Origin: an uncultured Anaerolineales bacterium
GTDB lineage: Bacteria; Chloroflexota; Anaerolineae; Anaerolineales; UBA11858
Direction of reading: 5' to 3'
Assembly (NCBI GenBank): GCA_964419495.1
Contig: CAYQQX010000007.1
Location: forward strand, 919 to 64,918
Length of the DNA: 64,000 nucleotides
Made by a program: the position numbers and the translations under genes. A model generated the notes under the pieces. That model was not told where the DNA came from and did no database searches. It worked only from the letters and a program-made list of their open reading frames with translations. Numbering within the stretch: position 1 is the first letter of the stretch; every line of letters begins with the position of its first letter. Positions 48,251 to 57,857 of the stretch are shown piece by piece.

Positions 48251-48314
48251 GGGTAGCTAGCCCATCCGTGATGGGCGATTCCTAAAGCCGTCTATCGCGG
48301 ATGGACTTCTACCC
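48251..48314. repeat. Inverted REP doublet (GTAG-family, REPIN-like)
   Basis: + strand GGGTAG-cta-GCCCATC-cgt-GATGGGC; - strand GGGTAG-aa-GTCCATC-cgc-GATAGAC; two related hairpins, each with a GTAG foot, facing each other. Confidence 0.6.
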
Positions 48315-48329
48315 AGAAATATAAAAATA

Positions 48330-49820
48330 ATGAAATCAATCGTTCTTATTAACCCTAATTTGGTCGTGCAGCGTAATGACCCCTTTACTACCGGCATCAT
48401 ATACATGCCGGTAGGTTTGGCTTATGTGGCCGCATCGCTGCGCGCGGCAGGGTTTGATGTCAACGTGATTGATGCTTTTGCTGAATACCCTCGTCAGGCC
48501 CGACGGGAGGGGAAATTTACACTGATGGGGCTGCGTGATAATGAAGTATTGGAACAGTTCCCAGAAGATACAGGGTTAGTTTTGATTTTCGCATTGAACT
48601 TGACCAATCATATTGCCACCGCCAATATCCTGCAAACTGTAAAAGAAAATCATTCCGAACTCCCGGTCGTGATTTTGGAAAATACCCAGGCGGTTACAGC
48701 CTACGCATTAAGGAATGTGATGGGTGAGTTCTTTGGTCTTGGTGCAGATTATGTTTTGACTGGAGAAGGGGAACATCGGGCGGTTGATTTAGTGAAAGCT
48801 CTTTGGGAAGAAGAGGGTCATAAATCGCTGAATCAACTCGATGGTCTGGGCAGCCCAGCCTTCTTCAATCCGCCTGAAAATGTCATCCAAGATTTGGATA
48901 ATTTGCCTTTCCCAGCTTGGGATTTATTCCCACTGGAAAATTACTGGAACCTGAGGTTTGCTCATGGTCCCCAGCGCGAGAATCGTTATCTTCCATTGCT
49001 CACATCTCGGGGATGTCCATACCCTTGTAGGTTTTGTGTTATCCCCTCAACAAATGATCAGAAATGGCGTGCCCGTTCAGCTGTCAATGTTGTTGATGAA
49101 ATCGAATTTTGTGTGAACACCTTTGGGGTGAGAGAGTTCCACATCGAGGATTTGGACCCAACGATTTCAGATAACCGCATTCGTGAGATAGCGGAAGAAA
49201 TTCTCAACCGTGAGTTGGATATCACCTGGAAAATTGTTGCGGGTACAAAGGTCGAGACGATCCGCTCTGAAGATACTATCGATCTCATGGCGAAATCTGG
49301 ATGTACGTATATTTCGATTTCGCCAGAAACGGGTTCGCCGCGCGTACTCAAGTTGATGCGCAAACCCTTTGACCTGGATCATGCTGTCAGGCTTGTCAAG
49401 CGTATGAATCAGGTTGGAATTCGATCTCAGGCCTGCTTTGTGTTGGGTTTCCCAGGTGAAACAGTAGAAGACTTGCAAATGACCTGGGATTTGGTGCACG
49501 ACTTGACCAAAAAAGGCGTTGATGAGATCGCATTGTTTATTATTACACCAGTACCAGGCTCTGCGATTTTTGAAGAATTTCAGGGATATACTTCGTTGTC
49601 TGAGATGAACTTCACCCCTACCTGGCGTACCGATTATGAAGCCTTAAGTAATTTCCGTTTGAAACTCTATGCTCAGTTTTTATGGTGGAAAATACGTTAT
49701 TATCCGGGTAAGATTGTGCGGCAGTCCATGAATTTCATGCGTCGTAGGTTTGAAACAAAAATGGAAATGGTGCCTTATCGAGCCATAGTACTCAAATGGC
49801 TTGATCGTAATGCCATCTGA
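48330..49820 (+). CDS. B12-binding radical SAM protein (class B methyltransferase-like)
   Basis: N-terminal cobalamin-binding region (PVGLAYVAASL), SRGCPYPCRFC (CxxxCxxC), FVLGFPGET. Confidence 0.88.
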   Translation: MKSIVLINPNLVVQRNDPFTTGIIYMPVGLAYVAASLRAAGFDVNVIDAFAEYPRQARREGKFTLMGLRDNEVLEQFPEDTGLVLIFALNLTNHIATANILQTVKENHSELPVVILENTQAVTAYALRNVMGEFFGLGADYVLTGEGEHRAVDLVKALWEEEGHKSLNQLDGLGSPAFFNPPENVIQDLDNLPFPAWDLFPLENYWNLRFAHGPQRENRYLPLLTSRGCPYPCRFCVIPSTNDQKWRARSAVNVVDEIEFCVNTFGVREFHIEDLDPTISDNRIREIAEEILNRELDITWKIVAGTKVETIRSEDTIDLMAKSGCTYISISPETGSPRVLKLMRKPFDLDHAVRLVKRMNQVGIRSQACFVLGFPGETVEDLQMTWDLVHDLTKKGVDEIALFIITPVPGSAIFEEFQGYTSLSEMNFTPTWRTDYEALSNFRLKLYAQFLWWKIRYYPGKIVRQSMNFMRRRFETKMEMVPYRAIVLKWLDRNAI

Positions 49821-49840
49821 TAGGATTAGAGCAAACAAAT

Positions 49841-50765
49841 ATGATCAACGATAATAAATACTCAATCGCGGTTGCTATCCCTTGTTATAACGAAGCCATC
49901 ACTGTTGAGAAAGTAGTCAGTGATTTTCGTGCTCAACTCCCTGATGCTTCGATCTATGTTTTTGACAATAATTCAACGGATGATACCGCTCAAATTGCAT
50001 TGAATGCTGGTGCCCTCGTCCACAAGGTGCGCAAACAAGGTAAGGGGCATGTGTTGCAGGCAATATTTGATACGATCGTGGCCGACGCGATTGTTTTGGT
50101 CGATGGTGATGACACTTATTTCGCCGAGGATGTTCATCGCTTGTTAACGCCTGTTTTGGAGGGGGGATGTAGATATGGTTGTGGGCAACCGCTTGCCCTC
50201 TGCCTCGGACGAAACCATGCGCAAGCATAGACATCTTGGTAACAAGTTGATTGTCACTAGCATCAACTTAATGTTTGGAACCAAATACTGCGACATCCTT
50301 TCAGGTTATCGAATTTTCAGCCGCCGGTTTGTAAAAACGGTTCCATTGTTGACACCAGGGTTTGAAACGGAAACTGAGATGACCCTCCAGGCTCTTGAAG
50401 AGGGTATGATCATTGAAGAGATGCCTATTTCATATCGCAGCCGACCTGCTGACAGTCACTCCAAACTCAATGCGGTGCGCGATGGCTACCGTATCATGAT
50501 GACGGCGGCGATTTTGCTACGCGATCATTACCCCTTGCGGCTATTTGGGCTGGTATCGTTTGTATTATTCATCGTCGTGCTTGTCTTGTTGGGGTTGTTG
50601 TCGCTAACAGCTCAAAATATCTTGCAATTGAACACACTGTCTTTAATTGCGGGGATTGCCTTGCTGATGTTGCTGAGCGCTTTGGCTTTCTCTCTGGGGT
50701 TGATCTTGAATGCCGTAAACACGCGCTTTCGCCAACTTAAGCAAATCTTACAAAGGAATAAATAA
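49841..50765 (+). pseudogene. GT2 polyprenol-phosphate glycosyltransferase split by a single-base frameshift in a G6 run (50161-50166)
   Basis: First ORF has AIPCYNE, FDNNSTD, VDGDDTY; second frame continues MVVGNR, DILSGYR, GFETETE plus two TM helices; removing one G gives LEGDVDMVVGNR. Confidence 0.8.
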
Positions 50766-50769
50766 TTGT

Positions 50770-51717
50770 ATGTCTGATCTTGTGAAAGATTATCAATCTA
50801 TGCTGGAAGATGTTTCCTGCAATTTATGTGGCGCGGATGAATATGATGTTGTCTACCCTCCTCAGTACGAAAATGCGCAGCCCGATGAGATCATGGAAAC
50901 CTTTCGCTCATCTGGTGATGAAATCCTTGTTGATCAACTAGTGCGCTGCAAGCAATGCGGCTTGCAGTATCTGACGCCGCGTTTGAAGGGTGATGTTATT
51001 CTTACTGGCTACAGTGAGGGAACAGACGAAAACTTCATCTCACAGAATCCTGCCCGAGAGCGTACTTTTGCCAAATCGTTAGATCTCATCGAAAAATTGG
51101 TCCCCAAAAAAGGTCGCATCCTCGATATCGGTACTGCAGCTGGTGCGTTTCTAGGTGTTGCCAAACGCCGTGGCTGGGAAGTCGCTGGCAGTGAGCCAAA
51201 CCGCTGGATGGCGGAATGGGGCAGCGAACATTATGGTATTGATATTCAACCTGGAACAGTCTTCGATATGGATTTGCCCGATGCGCACTTTGATGTGGTC
51301 ACACTGTGGGATGTGCTCGAACACACCCCCGACCCCAAGGCTGTGCTGGAAGAATGTCGACGGGTGTTGAAACCCAATGGTTTGCTGGTTGTCAATTATC
51401 CAGATATTGGCTCCTTGGTTGCCCGATTGATGGGGCGCAAATGGGTCTTTCTCATCTCGGTGCATTTATACTTTTTCACTGTCGAAACGATTCGTGAAAT
51501 ACTCAATCAGACTGGATTTAAGATGCAGCGCTCGAAGATGCACTGGCAAAGCTTGGAATTAGGTTATATCTTCTTCCGCATGGGACCTTATATCTCGTGG
51601 CTGTCAAGGCTGGGTACGAAGATCGCTACCGCTGTACGAATTCAACATATGCAAATCCCCTATTGGATGGGGCAGACTTTGGTGCTTGCTCGTCGAGCAG
51701 ATAACGGAGGGTCGTGA
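50770..51717 (+). CDS. Class I SAM-dependent methyltransferase with N-terminal Cys pairs
   Basis: CNLC...CKQC, ILDIGTAAG, FDVVTLWDVLEHTPDP. Confidence 0.88.
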   Translation: MSDLVKDYQSMLEDVSCNLCGADEYDVVYPPQYENAQPDEIMETFRSSGDEILVDQLVRCKQCGLQYLTPRLKGDVILTGYSEGTDENFISQNPARERTFAKSLDLIEKLVPKKGRILDIGTAAGAFLGVAKRRGWEVAGSEPNRWMAEWGSEHYGIDIQPGTVFDMDLPDAHFDVVTLWDVLEHTPDPKAVLEECRRVLKPNGLLVVNYPDIGSLVARLMGRKWVFLISVHLYFFTVETIREILNQTGFKMQRSKMHWQSLELGYIFFRMGPYISWLSRLGTKIATAVRIQHMQIPYWMGQTLVLARRADNGGS

Positions 51718-53141
51718 TTTTGGAACAGAAAGAGAAAGTTGTTGTCTTAGGGGCAGGTATTGGTGGGCTCTCGGCGGGTTATTTCCTGGCCAAGACAGGC
51801 AAGTATGAAGTAACCGTGTTGGAGAAAGCACCTGTGATTGGTGGATTTTGTGCAAGCTTTGAGCATAACGATTTCACTCTTGATTATGGAGCGCATAAAA
51901 TATATTCCGTTATCCCAGGTGTGCTGGATGAAATTCAAGAATTAATGACTGACCGACTGTTGACGCTGCCTAAGAAGAACCGCCTGTTTTTGCGCGGGCA
52001 TCTGGTGGATTATCCTCTCAAATTAGGCAATTTGGCTGGTGTTTTAGGGGTGACCACCTTTTTGAAGTTGGGCTTCGGATATGCTTTTGAGTTGGTGCGC
52101 GGGTTTGTGAATCGTCAGCCCCCGAATTCGTACGAGGAATATATGGTCCAACGTTTTGGGCGTCCTGCTTACGAGTTGGTTTTCGAACCCCTGGCGGATA
52201 AGGTTTGGGGTGAACCTTCAACACTGCACCCTGAAATGGCCAGAGCACGCGTACCAGCCTCGGGTGGGATGGAAGTCATTTTGAAATTGTTGGGCATTAA
52301 GAAAGAGACTGCTGAAACCAATGCTGAGTTCTTCTATTACCCTGAAAAAGGCTTTGGAGATTTTCCCGAGGCAATGCGCGAGTATATCGAGGATGCAGGC
52401 GGACGAGTCATTGTCAATGTTGATGTTCAAGAGCTAGTTCAGAAAGATGTAAAAGTTACTGCTGTCAAAGGGAAGGTAGATGGCTCGGACGCAGAGTTCG
52501 AGTCGGATTATCTGGTATCTTCTATCCCGCTGCCCGTGTTAGGCCGGCTGGTGTTTGGCCAAGCTGCAGAAGATTTCATCGGTTCCGTTGATGATTTGCA
52601 GTTCCGCCACCTAGTGTTGGTGTATATTTTTGCTAATCGGTCTCTTGCTCTGGAAGATCAGTGGATTTTCTTGCCAGAGCGCGAATACATTTTCAGCCGA
52701 ATTTTTGAGCAAAAACAGATGAATCCTGCATTAGGACCTGCAGACCAGACAGCCATTTGCTGTGATTTCACGTGCGACGAGAATAGTTGGCAGTGGGGTG
52801 CAACAGATGAAGAACTTGCTCAAAAAACTATAGATGGATTAGTAGATGCTGGATTTATTAACGCTGATGAAGTAACAGGGTATATGGTAAAGCGAACTCG
52901 GAATTTCTATCCCCGGTATGATTTGAAATATGTGGAGAAAATGCAGAAGGTAAACAGTCATCTGCAGAACGTAAAAAACTTGCTTCTGACTGGCCGTATT
53001 GGCATGTACAACTACAACAATTCCGATCATTGTGTAGATATGGGGCGCTTCATTGCAGAGAATTTAGCAATCGGTGAGAAGCCAGTGGATATTTGGAACG
53101 AACTGGAGAGAAGAGTAGCTAATTACAAGATCGTTGACTAG
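51714..53141 (+). CDS. FAD-dependent oxidoreductase (UDP-galactopyranose-mutase/HemY-like)
   Basis: VLGAGIGGL, LEK..IGG, DYGAH, TGRIGMYNYNNSDH; GTG start. Confidence 0.75.
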   Translation: MILEQKEKVVVLGAGIGGLSAGYFLAKTGKYEVTVLEKAPVIGGFCASFEHNDFTLDYGAHKIYSVIPGVLDEIQELMTDRLLTLPKKNRLFLRGHLVDYPLKLGNLAGVLGVTTFLKLGFGYAFELVRGFVNRQPPNSYEEYMVQRFGRPAYELVFEPLADKVWGEPSTLHPEMARARVPASGGMEVILKLLGIKKETAETNAEFFYYPEKGFGDFPEAMREYIEDAGGRVIVNVDVQELVQKDVKVTAVKGKVDGSDAEFESDYLVSSIPLPVLGRLVFGQAAEDFIGSVDDLQFRHLVLVYIFANRSLALEDQWIFLPEREYIFSRIFEQKQMNPALGPADQTAICCDFTCDENSWQWGATDEELAQKTIDGLVDAGFINADEVTGYMVKRTRNFYPRYDLKYVEKMQKVNSHLQNVKNLLLTGRIGMYNYNNSDHCVDMGRFIAENLAIGEKPVDIWNELERRVANYKIVD

Positions 53142-53258
53142 GCCGTGTGGACATTTGGGGATTTCTTTCTTAAACAAGCTGTTTCCAATCGCGCTCGTTT
53201 CTCTAGAAAATGTCTGAAATGTCAACACTACCTAGAAAAATGTTTGGAATATTGAAGC

Positions 53259-53288
53259 AAAAGGCTTGGTAGTGAACCAGGCCTTTTT
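53259..53288 (+). terminator. Intrinsic terminator (possibly bidirectional)
   Basis: AAAAGGCTTGGT-agtga-ACCAGGCCTTTT(T), 12-bp stem with one G-U pair. Confidence 0.7.
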
Positions 53289-53304
53289 GAGTGTCTAAAA
53301 AGCC

Positions 53305-53332
53305 TTGACCTATTTACACCTGCGGTTATAAT
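53305..53332 (+). promoter_or_regulatory. Promoter of the wHTH regulator block
   Basis: TTGACC (53305-53310)-N16-TATAAT (53327-53332), immediately after the terminator. Confidence 0.65.
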
Positions 53333-53370
53333 TCAGTGACTGAATTTTAGAAAAGATTTTGGATTCTGAT

Positions 53371-53850
53371 ATGGAATTGGATACGTCGCAAGAGCAGCGC
53401 GAGTTGATTCTCCTGGAACAAATAGAAGAAGACCCCGATATTACCCAGGCATCCCTGGCGGATAAGCTTGATGTTGCAGTTGGCACTGTAAATTGGCATA
53501 TTAAACGTATGGTCAATAAGGGGTATATCAAGTTAAAACGAGCTGAGAGGAAAAAACTCCGCTATATTATTACGCCAGAGGGCATATCTTTTCGAGCTCA
53601 ATTAACAGTCAAATATATAGAAAATTCTATGCTGTTATTTCGCCGAACTCGCAACCGCGTAATCCGATTGTTATCAGAGGCACGCGATGCTGGTTTTGAA
53701 AGTGTTCGTATTACCGGAGATGGTGACCTTGCAGAAGTAATTCGGCTTACCTGCATCGAACAAGGTGTCAAAATTGATCACCATCCAGAATTACCTGCTT
53801 TAGAAGTGCGCGGCTGGAAAGTATATTTGAATTTGAACGGTGAGGGATAA
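53371..53850 (+). CDS. Winged-HTH transcriptional regulator, EPS-associated MarR-like family
   Basis: LLEQIEEDPDITQASLADKLDVAVGTVNWHIKRMVNKGYIK..RYIITPEG; start ATG 53371 or TTG 53359. Confidence 0.82.
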   Translation: MELDTSQEQRELILLEQIEEDPDITQASLADKLDVAVGTVNWHIKRMVNKGYIKLKRAERKKLRYIITPEGISFRAQLTVKYIENSMLLFRRTRNRVIRLLSEARDAGFESVRITGDGDLAEVIRLTCIEQGVKIDHHPELPALEVRGWKVYLNLNGEG

Positions 53851-53852
53851 CA

Positions 53853-54863
53853 GTGGAAAACCACATCCTGATTACCGGCGGAGCGGGATATATTGGCTCA
53901 TTTTTAGCAGGTAAGCTCCTCCGATTAGGCTACTATGTAACTGTGGTTGATGATTTGCTGTACGGTGGCGAATCATTAATCTCGTATTTGTCAAACGAAC
54001 GCTTCCATTTCGTCAAAGCAGATGTATGGGAGTCGCGGGCCATTCGCAATGCTCTTCGGGATGATTGGCCAATCCCTATTGCTGTTGTCCACTTAGCCGC
54101 GATTACGGGTTTTCCTGCCTGCCAATCTGTGGGACGCTTAGTTGCCTGGCGTTACAACGTTGAAGCCACTCAGCATGTTTTTGAACAGGCAAACTCCCTG
54201 GAAGTTGAAAGATTCATTTTTATATCATCATATAGTAATTATGGACTTTCATCAAACGGAAATCCTGTTGAAGAAGATTCGCCTCTCAATCCACAATCTT
54301 TGTATGCAGAAACCAAGGTGGCTGCTGAGCGATTTCTCTTGAATCAGGCAGATAGAAGTAATTGTGCACCATTACTTTTTCGATCAGCAACTTTGTATGG
54401 ATTATCCCCCAGACCACGCTTTGATCTCATCATAAACCAGTTTGTTCTGGATGCTCTTACCCGGAGAAAATTGATGATTTATCAGCGCGGTTATTCGCGC
54501 TCATTTATTCACATTGCAGATGCGGTTAATGGTATTATTCTGGGTCTTCGTTCGCCGCTCGAAAAGATTCGTGGACAAGTATTTAACATTGGGACTGCGC
54601 ACGGAAATTTGACAAAAGATCAGGTTGTAACGTTGATCCTAAAACGCTTGCCAGAGACGCAAGTTAACTACAAAGATATTACCTTTGGCGGTGATCTGCG
54701 CGATATAACCGCCTCATTCGAGAAAATTAAGCGTGAATTAAGGTTTTCACCCCAATTTACAGTTGACGCTGGCATTCGAGAAGTATTGTATGCCTTGCAG
54801 AATGGGATTATTCAAGATCCAGGTGATCCGCGCTATCGAAATGCGCGCTTCATCGTTCAATAA
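53853..54863 (+). CDS. NAD-dependent epimerase/dehydratase (extended SDR)
   Basis: ITGGAGYIG, HLAAITG, SSYSNYG, YAETK, RPRFDLIIN. Confidence 0.85.
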   Translation: MENHILITGGAGYIGSFLAGKLLRLGYYVTVVDDLLYGGESLISYLSNERFHFVKADVWESRAIRNALRDDWPIPIAVVHLAAITGFPACQSVGRLVAWRYNVEATQHVFEQANSLEVERFIFISSYSNYGLSSNGNPVEEDSPLNPQSLYAETKVAAERFLLNQADRSNCAPLLFRSATLYGLSPRPRFDLIINQFVLDALTRRKLMIYQRGYSRSFIHIADAVNGIILGLRSPLEKIRGQVFNIGTAHGNLTKDQVVTLILKRLPETQVNYKDITFGGDLRDITASFEKIKRELRFSPQFTVDAGIREVLYALQNGIIQDPGDPRYRNARFIVQ

Positions 54864-54878
54864 AATAAGGAAGAAAAA

Positions 54879-55946
54879 ATGAAAAAAGCTTTGATCACAG
54901 GCATTTCTGGCCAAGATGGCTCCTATCTTACGGAGTTGCTGATGTCTAAAGGGTACGAGGTTCACGGCATGATCCGGAGATCAAGTACATTTAATACCGG
55001 TCGCATCGACCACATTTATCGAGATCCTCACAATGGCGATAATGCCAGATTGCTTCTCCACCATGGTGATTTAGCCAGTACGATTAGTATGGCAAATTTG
55101 ATTTCCGAAATTGAGCCAGATGAAATCTATAATTTGGCTGCGCAGAGTCATGTGCGAGTGAGTTTCGATCTACCAGAATATACGGGTGATGTCACTGGAA
55201 TCGGAACTTTGCGTATTTTGGATGCCATTCGAAGTTCTGGAATCGATACCCGGTTCTATCAGGCTTCCACAAGCGAGATGTTTGGTGGTGCAAAGCCTCC
55301 TCAGACAGAGGCGACACCTTTTGCACCGCAGAGTCCTTATGCTGCTGCAAAAACTTACGCTCATTGGGTAACTAAGAATTACCGGGAAGCGTATGATATT
55401 TTTGCCTGCAGTGGCATTCTTTTCAATCATGAATCCCCCCGCCGAGGGGAAACCTTCGTTACACGAAAAGTCACGCGTGCAGTTGCAGCTATAAAAGCAG
55501 GGAAGCAAAAACACATTTATATGGGTAATTTAGATGCCAAACGTGATTGGGGATACGCTCCCGAATATGTCGAAGTAATGTGGCGATTATTGCAGCATGA
55601 AGAACCCATGGACATTGTCATTGGTACTGGAGAATCACGAACGGTGCGCGAATTCCTCGACGAAGCTTTTGGATATGTTGGCTTAGATTATCAGGATTAC
55701 GTACGGATAGATGAACGCTATTTCCGCCCTACAGAGGTAGATTACCTCTTAGCTGATCCTCGTAAGGCTCGCGAAGTTTTGGGTTGGGAACCCAAGATCA
55801 AGTTCAAGGATTTGGTTCGCATTATGATGGATGCTGACCTGGAATTGCAGGGGCTCGAAGCACCCGGCGAAGGTAAGAGTCTCCTGAGTGAGCGTTTTGA
55901 TGGTTGGCACCGCTGGGATGACCAATTAGTTAGTATGGATAAATGA
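54879..55946 (+). CDS. gmd: GDP-mannose 4,6-dehydratase (paralog 2)
   Basis: [54 protein letters not shown]. Confidence 0.95.
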   Translation: MKKALITGISGQDGSYLTELLMSKGYEVHGMIRRSSTFNTGRIDHIYRDPHNGDNARLLLHHGDLASTISMANLISEIEPDEIYNLAAQSHVRVSFDLPEYTGDVTGIGTLRILDAIRSSGIDTRFYQASTSEMFGGAKPPQTEATPFAPQSPYAAAKTYAHWVTKNYREAYDIFACSGILFNHESPRRGETFVTRKVTRAVAAIKAGKQKHIYMGNLDAKRDWGYAPEYVEVMWRLLQHEEPMDIVIGTGESRTVREFLDEAFGYVGLDYQDYVRIDERYFRPTEVDYLLADPRKAREVLGWEPKIKFKDLVRIMMDADLELQGLEAPGEGKSLLSERFDGWHRWDDQLVSMDK

Positions 55947-56923
55947 TCATGGACGAAAAAATGTTCCCAAACCCAGAAGAGTTCTGGGCAGATCGACGAG
56001 TGTGCGTAACTGGCGGTGCTGGTTTCCTGGGCTCTTTCGTTCAAGAAGTTCTCCAAGAACGCGGCGCATCAGATATCTTCATTCCGAAAATCGAAAACTA
56101 TGATCTGACGAAATTGGAAGATATCCAAAGTATGATAGAAGATGCCAATCCCAATATAATCATTCATTTGGCAGCCCTGGCTGGCGGGATTGGTGCTAAC
56201 CGTGCACGCCCGGCCGAGTTTTTTTATAAAAACTTAATGATGGGCGTCCCCTTGATGCACGAAGCCTGGAAATCTGGCGTCGAGAAATTTGTTGCCATTG
56301 GCACGATCTGCGCCTACCCCAAATTTACACCCGTTCCTTTCAAAGAAGAGAATTTGTGGGATGGCTACCCCGAGGAAACCAATGCTCCGTATGGGTTGGC
56401 AAAGAAGATGCTTCTTGTTCAGGCACAGGCTTATCGCGAGCAATATGATTTCAATGCAGTATATTTGCTTCCAGTTAACTTGTATGGCCCGCGCGATAAT
56501 TTCAATCTAGAAACTTCTCATGTTATTCCAGCTTTGGTCCGCAAGATGATTGCCGCTCAACAGCGCGGCGATGCTGAAGTCGTGCTTTGGGGAGACGGCT
56601 CTCCGACGCGCGAATTTTTCTATGCGGGTGATGCTGCGCGTGGTATTGTGATGGCTGCCGAACGTTATAATAGTTCTGAGCCGGTCAATTTGGGCGCTGG
56701 TATGGAAATTAGCATCAAAGATTTGGCAGCGCTGGTGGCAAAATTAACTGGGTTCGAAGGCGAGATTGTTTGGGATACCAGCAAACCCAATGGTCAACCC
56801 CGTCGAGGCCTGGATGTAAAACGTGCAAAAGAATCCTTCGGCTTCGAAGCGCAAATGCCATTTGAAGATGGATTGCGCCGCACCATTGAGTGGTTCAAAG
56901 AAAATCAGGATCGGATACCCTGA
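55943..56923 (+). CDS. fcl: GDP-L-fucose synthase
   Basis: [54 protein letters not shown]; follows gmd. Confidence 0.92.
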   Translation: MIMDEKMFPNPEEFWADRRVCVTGGAGFLGSFVQEVLQERGASDIFIPKIENYDLTKLEDIQSMIEDANPNIIIHLAALAGGIGANRARPAEFFYKNLMMGVPLMHEAWKSGVEKFVAIGTICAYPKFTPVPFKEENLWDGYPEETNAPYGLAKKMLLVQAQAYREQYDFNAVYLLPVNLYGPRDNFNLETSHVIPALVRKMIAAQQRGDAEVVLWGDGSPTREFFYAGDAARGIVMAAERYNSSEPVNLGAGMEISIKDLAALVAKLTGFEGEIVWDTSKPNGQPRRGLDVKRAKESFGFEAQMPFEDGLRRTIEWFKENQDRIP

Positions 56924-56943
56924 AGTTTTGCGATTAGCTATTT

Positions 56944-57801
56944 ATGATTGAAACTCCATTGACGACAAAAGATATTCCAGAAACGATCCTATTACGTCCA
57001 ACGCGCGGTTGGTCGGCTCTAAACTTGAAGGATCTCTGGCGCTATCGCGAGTTGATTTTCTTCTTAACCTGGAGAGATATCAAAGTCCGTTATAAGCAAA
57101 CTGTTTTGGGTATGGCCTGGGCGATCATTCGTCCAGTGATATCTATGATCGTATACTCGCTGATCTTTGGCCAGCTGGCCAATCTTGATTCAGAGGGTGT
57201 TCCTTATACGATCTTTACTTTCGTGGCATTATTGCCATGGCAGTTATTCTCCAAGGCTATGAATGATACCGGGCGCTCTATGGTATCGAATCGCAATATG
57301 ATAACCAAGGTGTATTTCCCACGATTGGTGATCCCTATTTCGACTGTCCTTAGCGGTCTGGTTGATTTTTTGATTGCGTTCGTGATCTTGATTGGCATGA
57401 TGATCTATTACGATATTTCGGTGACATCAGCCATTTGGACATTGCCGCTTTTCTTGTTACTGACATTGATATCAGCTTTGGGCGTTGGCTTATGGTTTTC
57501 TTCCCTGAATGTTCTCTATCGGGATGTTGGCTATATGCTGCCCTTCCTGACAGAGATGTGGAAGTATCTCACACCCGTTGCCTATTCCGCACAGTATGTT
57601 ACTGGTTCTTGGAAAATCATCTACTCGCTTAACCCGATGGCTGGGGTTGTACAGGGTTTCCGTTGGGCATTGCTTGGCATTGAGTTGGATTCTACGGCAA
57701 CTTTGACAATGTCGATTTCAATTGGTGTATCAATTTTGGTATTGATCAGTGGTTTGTTCTATTTCCGACGTATGGAACGCACCTTTGCGGATATGGTTTG
57801 A
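56944..57801 (+). CDS. wzm: ABC-2 polysaccharide exporter permease (copy 2)
   Basis: RDIKVRYKQTVLG, KVYFPR, YLTPVAY, LNPMAGVVQGFR. Confidence 0.9.
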   Translation: MIETPLTTKDIPETILLRPTRGWSALNLKDLWRYRELIFFLTWRDIKVRYKQTVLGMAWAIIRPVISMIVYSLIFGQLANLDSEGVPYTIFTFVALLPWQLFSKAMNDTGRSMVSNRNMITKVYFPRLVIPISTVLSGLVDFLIAFVILIGMMIYYDISVTSAIWTLPLFLLLTLISALGVGLWFSSLNVLYRDVGYMLPFLTEMWKYLTPVAYSAQYVTGSWKIIYSLNPMAGVVQGFRWALLGIELDSTATLTMSISIGVSILVLISGLFYFRRMERTFADMV

Positions 57802-57857
57802 TGGACGGGACACCAATTATTCATCAAGTTACAAGCATTTAGAAAAAGTTTACGAAA

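Noticed and set aside
48251-48314. Cobalamin or SAM riboswitch upstream of the B12 radical-SAM gene
   Set aside because: Too short, lacks B12-box and SAM-I core motifs, and is better explained as two inverted GTAG hairpins
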